Below are positions 38,974-46,479 of a DNA stretch of 46,479 bases, piece by piece (within the stretch, counting starts at the first letter, position 1; each line of letters opens with the position of its first letter). This DNA comes from a virus (taxonomy: Duplodnaviria; Caudoviricetes), in IMG/VR virus record IMGVR_UViG_3300048565_000112, positions 1 to 46,479 of that record; one strand, 5' to 3'. A model generated the notes under the pieces. The model searched no databases, had not been told where the DNA came from, and saw nothing but the letters and a program-made list of their open reading frames with translations. The translations under genes were made by a program, and so were the position numbers.

Positions 38974-39294
38974 ATGCCTAGAAAGAAAAAAGAACCTGCG
39001 AAGGCTCCCAAGTATGAGACACAGGAACCGAAATACATCCTTAAACCATGGAAGGGCATGCAGCACTACGAATGCACCCTGTGTTCCTTCGATACGTTTA
39101 GCACGAGTGCGATCTTCGATCATATCGCTTCCCACCAACTGGTCAGCAGAAAACCTGTCCAGCCTGTGGAGGCCCAGCAGAATCCCGAGCAGGCAGGCGA
39201 AGCCTTCGAAGTCGAACTGGAGGAACTCTCCAGCTTTACTGATGCAGAAGGCAACCAGCACAAACAGTACACACTTAATAGGAGAGCAACATGA
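38974..39294 (+). CDS. small C2H2-type Zn-finger protein
   Basis: YECTLCSFDTF...IFDHIASH. Confidence 0.6.
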   Translation: MPRKKKEPAKAPKYETQEPKYILKPWKGMQHYECTLCSFDTFSTSAIFDHIASHQLVSRKPVQPVEAQQNPEQAGEAFEVELEELSSFTDAEGNQHKQYTLNRRAT

Positions 39295-39716
39295 GCGATG
39301 CAATTTCTTCCTTTGGCACCCTGTTGAAAATGGGAGACGGTGTCACGCCCACCCAGGTCTTTGCCAGCATCGCCGAACTGGGCGATCTGGATGGACCTGA
39401 TGAGAGCCTGGCCACCGAAGAGGTGACCAATCACGGCTCGCCCAATGGACGCGACGAGTACATCGGCACGATCCTGAGCGGTGGTGAGGTGAGCTTCGCG
39501 CTCAACTGGCTGCCCACGCAACCCACCCACGCGGCCTTGCGCCAGGCCATGGTGCAGCGCCGCTTGACCAGCTTCCAAATCATCTTCCCTGGGACAGGCG
39601 AGGAAGGGTATCAGTTCAAGGCACTGGTGACGGGCATCAAACCCAAAGCGCCTGTGGAAGGCAAGCTGGCCGCGGACGTGAAGATGCGCATCTCGGGCGA
39701 CGTGACGGAGCTGTAG
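39291..39716 (+). CDS. Major tail tube protein
   Basis: SFGTLLK.GDG, EVTNH.S, GEVSF, ISG; siphovirus tube size. Confidence 0.85.
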   Translation: MSDAISSFGTLLKMGDGVTPTQVFASIAELGDLDGPDESLATEEVTNHGSPNGRDEYIGTILSGGEVSFALNWLPTQPTHAALRQAMVQRRLTSFQIIFPGTGEEGYQFKALVTGIKPKAPVEGKLAADVKMRISGDVTEL

Positions 39717-39718
39717 CC

Positions 39719-40108
39719 ATGCTGACCCGTGACCAGATCCTGCAAGCCAATGACATTCAAACCGAAGAGGTCTCCGTCCCAGAGTGGGGTGGAGCGGTGA
39801 GGGTGCGCGCCCTGGATGGCGAGGAACGCGATGCGCTCGAAGCCAGCATGATCCAGGGCAAGGGCAGGAACGCCCAGGTGAACCTCAAGAACCTGCGCGC
39901 CAAGCTGGTGGCGCGTTCCATCGTGGATGAGAAAGGCAAGCGCATCTTCAGCGATGAGGATATTCCCGCCCTGGCCAGGAAGAGCGCGGCGGCGTTGACG
40001 CGTGTGTACGAGGTGGCCCAGCGGCTGAGCGGCATCACCCCCGATGACGTGGACGAACTGACAAAAAACTCCAAGCCCGCCCAGAGCGAAAGTTCTGGTT
40101 CGAGTTAG
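39719..40108 (+). CDS. Tail assembly chaperone (gpG-like)
   Basis: VPEWGG.VRVRAL; ends in the slippery sequence A AAA AAC. Confidence 0.85.
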   Translation: MLTRDQILQANDIQTEEVSVPEWGGAVRVRALDGEERDALEASMIQGKGRNAQVNLKNLRAKLVARSIVDEKGKRIFSDEDIPALARKSAAALTRVYEVAQRLSGITPDDVDELTKNSKPAQSESSGSS

Positions 40109-40419
40109 CCCTAGCGCTGGGCGGGCGAAGCGTGGCTGAATGGCAGCAGTCGATGAGCAGTCGTGAGTTTGCAGAGTGGATGGCCTTCTCGCGCTTGCAG
40201 CCTTTTGGCGAGTGGCGCAAGGACTATCGCATAGCCACATTGGCTGCGGTGCTGGTCAACGCGCTGACACGTACCAAGGACAGCGACCCTGTCCATCGGC
40301 CCGAGGAATTCATCCCCGACTTCGAACGAGCCCTGGATGAGCAGGCAGCGATCCCTGAAGAGGTGCGCCTGGTCGATAAGGTCCGCAGCGTGTTCAGTGG
40401 ATTCCTGAAGAAGCCATGA
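40063..40419 (+). CDS. Tail assembly chaperone extension (gpT-like), reached by -1 frameshift
   Basis: The -1 frame is open from the slippery site: LQARPERKFWFELALALGGRSVAEW...REFAEW...PFG. Confidence 0.78.
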   Translation, partial: KKLQARPERKFWFELALALGGRSVAEWQQSMSSREFAEWMAFSRLQPFGEWRKDYRIATLAAVLVNALTRTKDSDPVHRPEEFIPDFERALDEQAAIPEEVRLVDKVRSVFSGFLKKP

Positions 40420-42254
40420 CGACCATCGCAACCTTGGCAGTGAGATTGATCGCGGATGCAGGCGGATTTTTGAGCGCGATGGACCAGGCAGAAAGCAAGA
40501 CCCAGACCTGGTCTGCCAGCGTGTCTCGGAGCATGAAGGAAGTGGGGGGCAACATCACCGACTTCGGACAGAACATGACCGTCAAGGTCACTCTGCCGAT
40601 CCTGGCTGCGGGTGCTGCGGCCATCAAGTACGGCAGCGACCTCGAGGAAACCAGGAACAAGGTCAGCGTGGTCTTTGGGGCTATGTCGCAGGACATCTTC
40701 GCCTGGAGCCAGGTCTCGGATACAGCCCTGGGACTCTCGCAACAGAAAGCCCTGGACGCGGTGGGCATCTTCGGTGCTATGGGCCAATCGGCTGGACTGA
40801 ATGGCGAAGCGAATCTCAAGTGGTCTGAGTCCCTGGTGCAGCTGGCCGCAGACTGGTCCAGTTTTTACAACCTGAATCCGACCGATGCGCTGCTTGCTCT
40901 GCAAAGCGCAGCCGCTGGACAGTATGAACCGCTGCGGCGTTTGGGCATTGTGCTCAACCAGGCCACCCTCGAAGCGAAAGCCATGCAGATGGGCTTGATG
41001 GAGGAGGGCGGTGTCTTGAGCGATGCGGCCCGCTACCAGGCCTTGTATGCTTTGTTGGTGGAGAAGAGTTCTGCGGCCCAGGGAGATTTCGCCCGCACCG
41101 CAGATGGCGCAGCCAACCAGGCGCGCATCGTGCAGGCCCAGTTCGAGAACGCAGCGGCCACCCTCGGCCAGCAACTGCTCCCATACTGGGTCCAGCTACT
41201 TGGGCTGCTGAGCCAGGCCATCACCTGGTTCCAGCAACTGACGCCCGAACAGCAGAAATGGATCGTGGTCATCCTGGCCGTGGTGGCAGCCATCGGGCCT
41301 TTGCTGATCGTGATCGGCTCGTTGATTACAGCCATCGGCGCGATCATCGGCGTGATCGGAGCCATCATGGCTCCTGTGCTGATCGTGATTGCGGTCATCG
41401 CGGCCTTGATCGCCATCGGATATTTGCTGTATCAAGCCTGGACAAACAACTGGGGCGGGATCCAGGAGAAGACCCAGTCAGTGATCGACTTCGTGAAGGC
41501 CCTGATCGCTGGCGGTCTGCAGTTCATCCAGGATCTGACCAGCGGGAAGTTGGGTTGGATGAGCCAGTACTGGAATAACGTCTGGACCATGATCCTGACC
41601 GTGGTCAACACCGTGATCGCCAACATCCAACTGTATGTTCAAGCCTTCCAGGCAGCCATGAGCGGCGACTGGTACCGCTTCGGCGAGATCCTGCGTCAGA
41701 TCTGGGACAACAGTTGGAAGATGATTGGCACGATCCTGAGCCTGGCCTGGAGCAACTTCAAGATCCTGATCTCCACGGCAGTGACGAACATCATCGCCTT
41801 CTTCCGCGACACGGACTGGGGTTCGGTGGGCACGAACATCGTGCAGGGCATCGCCAACGGCATTCGCAACTCGCTGGACTGGATCATGGATGCAGCCATT
41901 GCAGCGGCCCAGGCTGCGCTGGATGCAGCCAAAGGTTTCCTCGGGATCCAGTCGCCCTCGAAGGTATTCGAGATGCAGGTCGGCTGGCAGATGGCCGCGG
42001 GCACCGCCAGGGGCTGGGAGCAAGGCCTGGACCGTCTTCTGCCTGGTGCGATGGGCGGACTCGCTCCTGCGTTTGTTTCCGACGTCGGAAATGGGTTCGG
42101 GGCTGTCAGTTCAGCGGGTGGTCGCGCGGGATCGATCCACGTGACCGTGGAGAATCGCCCGCTCTTGAGTCTGGGTGATCGCTATGAAGCCGAGCACGTT
42201 CTCAAGCCCATGTTACAGGACCTGCTGCGTGAGCTCGGCGTGGAGACTAAATAA
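40416..42254 (+). CDS. Tape measure protein
   Basis: 612 aa Ala/Gly-rich helical protein; EPLRRLGI, GDFART, hydrophobic mid-section, W-spaced repeats, LGIQSPSKVF. Confidence 0.9.
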   Translation: MTTIATLAVRLIADAGGFLSAMDQAESKTQTWSASVSRSMKEVGGNITDFGQNMTVKVTLPILAAGAAAIKYGSDLEETRNKVSVVFGAMSQDIFAWSQVSDTALGLSQQKALDAVGIFGAMGQSAGLNGEANLKWSESLVQLAADWSSFYNLNPTDALLALQSAAAGQYEPLRRLGIVLNQATLEAKAMQMGLMEEGGVLSDAARYQALYALLVEKSSAAQGDFARTADGAANQARIVQAQFENAAATLGQQLLPYWVQLLGLLSQAITWFQQLTPEQQKWIVVILAVVAAIGPLLIVIGSLITAIGAIIGVIGAIMAPVLIVIAVIAALIAIGYLLYQAWTNNWGGIQEKTQSVIDFVKALIAGGLQFIQDLTSGKLGWMSQYWNNVWTMILTVVNTVIANIQLYVQAFQAAMSGDWYRFGEILRQIWDNSWKMIGTILSLAWSNFKILISTAVTNIIAFFRDTDWGSVGTNIVQGIANGIRNSLDWIMDAAIAAAQAALDAAKGFLGIQSPSKVFEMQVGWQMAAGTARGWEQGLDRLLPGAMGGLAPAFVSDVGNGFGAVSSAGGRAGSIHVTVENRPLLSLGDRYEAEHVLKPMLQDLLRELGVETK

Positions 42255-43774
42255 TGCCTGTTTATGGTGACTTCAAGTATGGCCAGGAAAAGTACGGCCC
42301 CTCGGCGCTGGATCGCCTGCGCCTGGCGTTGCAGATGGATTGGGATGGGGACGGGATCTATGACCACGACAACCTGGCTCTCTCCCTGGAGTCCCTGTCC
42401 ATCACGCGCGGCAGACCCTACTTCATCCGCAAGGATGGGTCGGGCTTCGAGAAGTTGGACGTGGGCAAGTTACGCGGCACGTTGACCAATACCGATGGGC
42501 GCTTCAACGTGGAGAACGAAGCCAGCACATACTATCCCTACATCCCCGTGGGCAAGCTGATGAAACTGATGGCGAGCACACCCGGATCCGTGCGGACCTC
42601 GGTGTTCACGGGCACGGTCGAGGACATCGTGCCTGATTCGCGTACTGCCAGCAAGGCCTCCATCTCCTGTGAGGATGGCGTGCGCTTCCTGGACCAGACC
42701 GCCAGCGTCTCGGTGCGCTCTGGGGTGCGCGTGGACCAGATCATCCCGCTGGCGCTGGAGGCCGTGAATTGGCCTGCACAATGGAGCAGTCACGTGGACA
42801 TCGGGGCAGAGGTCAAGCCCTACTGGTGGATGGACCGAGAGAATGTGCTCAATGCTTTGCATGATGTGGTGGGCAGCGAACTGGGCGGCCTGTGGCTGGG
42901 CAATGATGGCTCGCTGAAGTTCCGCAGCCGATATGCATCCCCGAGCGTGGTGGCCAGCCTGACAACCAACGACTTTGTGTTGGGATCCATCGAAACGCCC
43001 CGACCCTGGGAGGTGGTGCGCAACTCGCTGAGGGTGAACGTGTATCCGCCTCTCCTGCAAACGGCTGTGGAAGTGTGGCGCTGGCAAGAGACCGTTCAGC
43101 TGAACGCAGGCGAGAGCCGAACCGTGTGGGCCAACTTCGCCTACGCTGGCGTGAGTGTGCCGATCAATAACTTCATCCCGCCCGTGGCCACCACCGACTA
43201 CCTGGCTAACGCGAACTCGGATGGCAGCGGGACCAACCGAACCGCCAACATCACGGTGACGGTCCTGTCTGTTTTCTCAGGCTCGGCGAAATTACGCCTG
43301 ACCAACACGGGCGCTACGTCCGCCTGGATCACGCTGATGCGCACGCGCGCGGATGCCATCACCGTGCCCGACGAGACCTTCGTGGATGCAGAGGATAGCT
43401 CCAGCATCCAGCGCTATCAGCGGCGCACCTTCGAGCTCACCTCGCGCTGGTTTCAGGACAGCGAAGTGGCGCAAAGCCTGACCGACTTCATGGTCTCCTT
43501 CCTGGCCTCGCCGCGTTTGTTTGTGCGCGGCGTGATCGCCAACAACCTGGACTTGCAGTTCGGGATCGATCTGGGCGATGCCGTGGATCTGTATATCCCC
43601 GAGAAAGGTATCAACGGCACCTATCGCCTTGCCTGGCTCGATCACAAGAGCCGCGACCGCAACTTGCGCGTGTTCGACACCACCCTGCTGTTCGAGCCGT
43701 TCTTCGACCTGAGCGGAAATTACTGGCAGTTCGACAGTGCGCAGGTCGGGATCTCGACCATCTTTGCGCCCTGA
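42254..43774 (+). CDS. Tail tip/hub protein
   Basis: 506 aa after the tape measure gene; SITRGR, VFTGTV, D..SI.RY.RR, IDLGD. Confidence 0.7.
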   Translation: MPVYGDFKYGQEKYGPSALDRLRLALQMDWDGDGIYDHDNLALSLESLSITRGRPYFIRKDGSGFEKLDVGKLRGTLTNTDGRFNVENEASTYYPYIPVGKLMKLMASTPGSVRTSVFTGTVEDIVPDSRTASKASISCEDGVRFLDQTASVSVRSGVRVDQIIPLALEAVNWPAQWSSHVDIGAEVKPYWWMDRENVLNALHDVVGSELGGLWLGNDGSLKFRSRYASPSVVASLTTNDFVLGSIETPRPWEVVRNSLRVNVYPPLLQTAVEVWRWQETVQLNAGESRTVWANFAYAGVSVPINNFIPPVATTDYLANANSDGSGTNRTANITVTVLSVFSGSAKLRLTNTGATSAWITLMRTRADAITVPDETFVDAEDSSSIQRYQRRTFELTSRWFQDSEVAQSLTDFMVSFLASPRLFVRGVIANNLDLQFGIDLGDAVDLYIPEKGINGTYRLAWLDHKSRDRNLRVFDTTLLFEPFFDLSGNYWQFDSAQVGISTIFAP

Positions 43775-44433
43775 TGGAGAAGCGTATGACCAGAATTATC
43801 AGTGCCAAAGACTATGCCAAACGGGAGGGGGTGGCCAATATGCGCGAACTGTTCAAACGCTGGAGTCGCAAGATGTACCAGCGCGCGCAACTCGACACAC
43901 CCTTCAAGGAAGGCAAGCCCGCTGGAAAACCTGTGGTCGCAGAGATCAATCACGGGCAATGGATCGCGCGCTGCGATCAGTGCTCAACGACTATGTGGGT
44001 GGACCCAGACGACCCGCTTTTCTATTGTTTCGGCTGCGGTAACCAAATTACAGGGGGGCGACCCAGGCCTGTGATCTTCCCCTCTGCCGAAGATCGAGCC
44101 GTGATCGAGGCCTTGCTGCTCGAGCGCCCAGTGGATGATCGCAGAGGCACGAATAACATCGACCGAGCCTTCCATGCCCTGCCGCTGGCCATCGGTGCGG
44201 TGGGCGGGGAACTGGTCTCGCTGGATCGATCCTGGAAGCCCGAGGAGAGCATCGAAGATCTGCGCACTCAGAACAAGCTGATTGAGCCGCTGATGCAGAT
44301 GCGCGGGGCCGTAGGTTTGAAGACGCAACAGGTGCCTGCCAGACAGGCTTTCCTGGAAGCCGTGGGGCACTTCGCCCTGGAGCGTGAAAGGCAGCGAGTT
44401 GAAAAGAAGGATGAAAACGCGGAGGAATCATGA
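43774..44433 (+). CDS. hypothetical Zn-ribbon protein in tail module
   Basis: INHGQWIARCDQC...FYCFGCGN. Confidence 0.65.
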   Translation: MEKRMTRIISAKDYAKREGVANMRELFKRWSRKMYQRAQLDTPFKEGKPAGKPVVAEINHGQWIARCDQCSTTMWVDPDDPLFYCFGCGNQITGGRPRPVIFPSAEDRAVIEALLLERPVDDRRGTNNIDRAFHALPLAIGAVGGELVSLDRSWKPEESIEDLRTQNKLIEPLMQMRGAVGLKTQQVPARQAFLEAVGHFALERERQRVEKKDENAEES

Positions 44434-45311
44434 CCATATACGTGGAACCTCCTGAGGTCGTGCCTGGCCAGGTGATGAGCGCCACCAACTGGAAGGACTG
44501 GGTGGTGGACGTGGCCAGGGCGATGTGGGTGTACACCGCGGCAGGCGACCTGGAGTACGCCTTGTCTGCCAATCAGAAGGCGCGTCTTGGAATTGGGGCA
44601 TCTCAATCCCTGCTCATGTCCAATGGATCTGCGCCTGCGTGGTTCTCCAAAGGGGCGGCAGTATCCCTGTTGAAGGTTAGTAATGACGGAACCGCACTGG
44701 ACTGGTTGGCCAAAGGCACAGCTGATTCATTGCTAAAGGTGAATGGCGCAGGAAGCGCCCTGGAGTGGCTGGCGAGGGGAACTGCCGCCTCTATCCTGCG
44801 GGTGAACTCAGCAGGATCCGCCCTGGCCTGGTTCGCCAAGGGCGGAGCCAACCAGGTTCTGGGTATGAATGCGGGCGGGACGGACCTCGAGTGGAAGAGC
44901 GATATTGGGGCCGTGAAAGGCGCGCGCGTGGTGAATGCATCCTTCGCGCTGGCAGACGCGACGTTGACCAATGTTCAATTTACTGCCGAAAGCATCGATG
45001 AAAACAATTACTGGAACATTGGCGTTCCCACTCGAATCACGATCCCAGACACAGGCTGGTATTTTATCGGGGTCTACGTATCCTACGCCAACAATTCCAA
45101 TGGCAGACGGATGACGAACGTCATCATCAATGGAACTACAGCCGTGGTGGCCACCGATTATCGCATGCCTGTCACCGGAGGCACGACCAATGTTTCGATG
45201 GGGATGCCCTACTATTTGAATGCAGGAGACTATATCGAACTGCAGGTGTATCAGACCTCTGGTGCAGGACTGACTGTTGCTCCTTCTGTTATGACAATCG
45301 CGAAGGTATAA
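44430..45311 (+). CDS. Tail fibre / receptor-binding protein with 21-aa repeats and C1q-like head
   Basis: Four 21-aa repeats; C-terminal RITIP.TGWY...LNAGDYIEL.VYQ. Confidence 0.7.
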   Translation: MTIYVEPPEVVPGQVMSATNWKDWVVDVARAMWVYTAAGDLEYALSANQKARLGIGASQSLLMSNGSAPAWFSKGAAVSLLKVSNDGTALDWLAKGTADSLLKVNGAGSALEWLARGTAASILRVNSAGSALAWFAKGGANQVLGMNAGGTDLEWKSDIGAVKGARVVNASFALADATLTNVQFTAESIDENNYWNIGVPTRITIPDTGWYFIGVYVSYANNSNGRRMTNVIINGTTAVVATDYRMPVTGGTTNVSMGMPYYLNAGDYIELQVYQTSGAGLTVAPSVMTIAKV

Positions 45312-45321
45312 GGAGGTACCC

Positions 45322-46479
45322 ATGCCCAGCACTTTCCCTGGCGCAATCGATGTGTTCGACCCCGATCCACCCGTAGACGGATTTGATTATGTAATGGCCA
45401 GCGATATTGCCCAACTGCAGGATGCCGTCCTGGCGGTGGAGAACGCCCTCGGCGAGAATATGCAGAACGTGGATACAGTCGCGGTGATTAACAGCGCCAC
45501 AGTCAAGCCCACCCCCGTGGATACTGACAAGTTCGGTTTCTGGGATAGCGCAACCCAAATGTTGGCGAGTCTATCCTGGGCCAACATCAAGGCTGCATTA
45601 AAGGCATATTTCGATACTCTGTATGTAAACTCGATTGCCTTAAATGGCCCTGAAGGTCAACTGCTCAATGGATATATCTCGCGGACTGTGACCAGCAATA
45701 ACCTCACCGTGGCGATCAAGACCCTGAGCGGTGCGGATCCCAGCGCCAGCAATCCTGTCCATGTGCGAATCGGAAACACCATGCGTACGATCACTACTGC
45801 ATTATCAGTGACCAAGAATGCGGGCTTGAATTATTGTGGTGCGGGAGGATATGAACTGGCCAGCCAGGAAGTAGACTACTTTGTCTACCTGGGCTACAAC
45901 GCGACCGATGGCGTGGTGATCGGCTTCTCGCGCATTCCCTGGGCGCGGACCTATGGCGACTTCAATACCTCGGTAGCCACCGAGCGGTACTGCGCCATTT
46001 CCACTATTACCAATGCCGTGAGTACGGATCGCTACCAGGTGATCGGGCGTTTCAATGCCACTTTGTCTGGCTCTCCCTATCAGTGGAGCATCCCCAATCC
46101 CGATGTTGTGATCAACTATCCGATCTATCAAACGCGTTGGCTGACTTGGAATCCGGCTTACAGTGCCAGCGGGTCCATGACTTACACAAGTGTTTCCACC
46201 ACTTTTGCCAGGTATAAAGTAGATTACCGCGAACTGAAGTTCCAGTTGATCGCCATAGGTACGACGGGCGGAACCGCCAGCAATATCCTGAGGGTGACTG
46301 TCATGTTCAACGGAGTAAACAACAGTATGGTGACTGGGGCAACCCTGACGGGAAGTGTATTCGGTGGCGTTTACCTGAGCACTGGCAGCCCTGGGATCTT
46401 GAACATCGTTAAGTATGATTTGTCCAATTTCTCCCTTGGGACAATGGGACTCAATACGGCAGGATTTGCAGAGATATAA
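45322..46479 (+). CDS. Tail fibre / receptor-binding protein
   Basis: KPTPVDTD...DSA...LSWANIKAALKAYFDTLY fibre motif; Ser/Thr/Asn-rich beta C-terminus; ends at the window end. Confidence 0.7.
   Translation: MPSTFPGAIDVFDPDPPVDGFDYVMASDIAQLQDAVLAVENALGENMQNVDTVAVINSATVKPTPVDTDKFGFWDSATQMLASLSWANIKAALKAYFDTLYVNSIALNGPEGQLLNGYISRTVTSNNLTVAIKTLSGADPSASNPVHVRIGNTMRTITTALSVTKNAGLNYCGAGGYELASQEVDYFVYLGYNATDGVVIGFSRIPWARTYGDFNTSVATERYCAISTITNAVSTDRYQVIGRFNATLSGSPYQWSIPNPDVVINYPIYQTRWLTWNPAYSASGSMTYTSVSTTFARYKVDYRELKFQLIAIGTTGGTASNILRVTVMFNGVNNSMVTGATLTGSVFGGVYLSTGSPGILNIVKYDLSNFSLGTMGLNTAGFAEI

Noticed and set aside
44430-46479. Diversity-generating retroelement or shufflon acting on the fibre genes
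   Set aside because: No reverse transcriptase, TR/VR pair or inversion sites seen in the window; cannot be excluded beyond the right edge.
1-46479. tRNA, rRNA and CRISPR-Cas
   Set aside because: None recognised by eye; a tRNAscan-SE/Infernal run would be needed to exclude them formally.

Overview
The window is most of a temperate siphovirus-type phage genome (prophage or phage-plasmid): a GC-rich backbone with AT-rich cargo. A Chloroflexota (Anaerolineae-like) host is inferred only from protein style and GAAC-N4-GTTC boxes. From left to right: (1) a minus-strand accessory/defence arm (1-9.4 kb) with a trypsin-NB-ARC-TPR gene that runs off the left edge and is missing from the ORF track, a P-loop NTPase/Zn-ribbon/wHTH gene, a Type III-like Res/Mod pair and small membrane ORFs; (2) a repressor/Cro-like switch with palindromic operators; (3) an early module with a tyrosine recombinase, a dif/lox-like palindrome, a primase-helicase, an iteron-like origin and ParM/ParR-like genes; (4) an AT-rich defence insert (19.5-26.4 kb) with a STAND-TPR gene bearing integron-cassette (attC core) boundaries, an IS110-family remnant that appears to interrupt the attC, and an AAA ATPase + S8 protease (IetAS-like) pair; (5) late genes behind promoters that overlap LexA-type boxes: TerS-like, DNA methylase, lysis-like cassette, TerL, portal, head, tail, tape measure and fibres. 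All calls come from motif reading only; no database searches were run.
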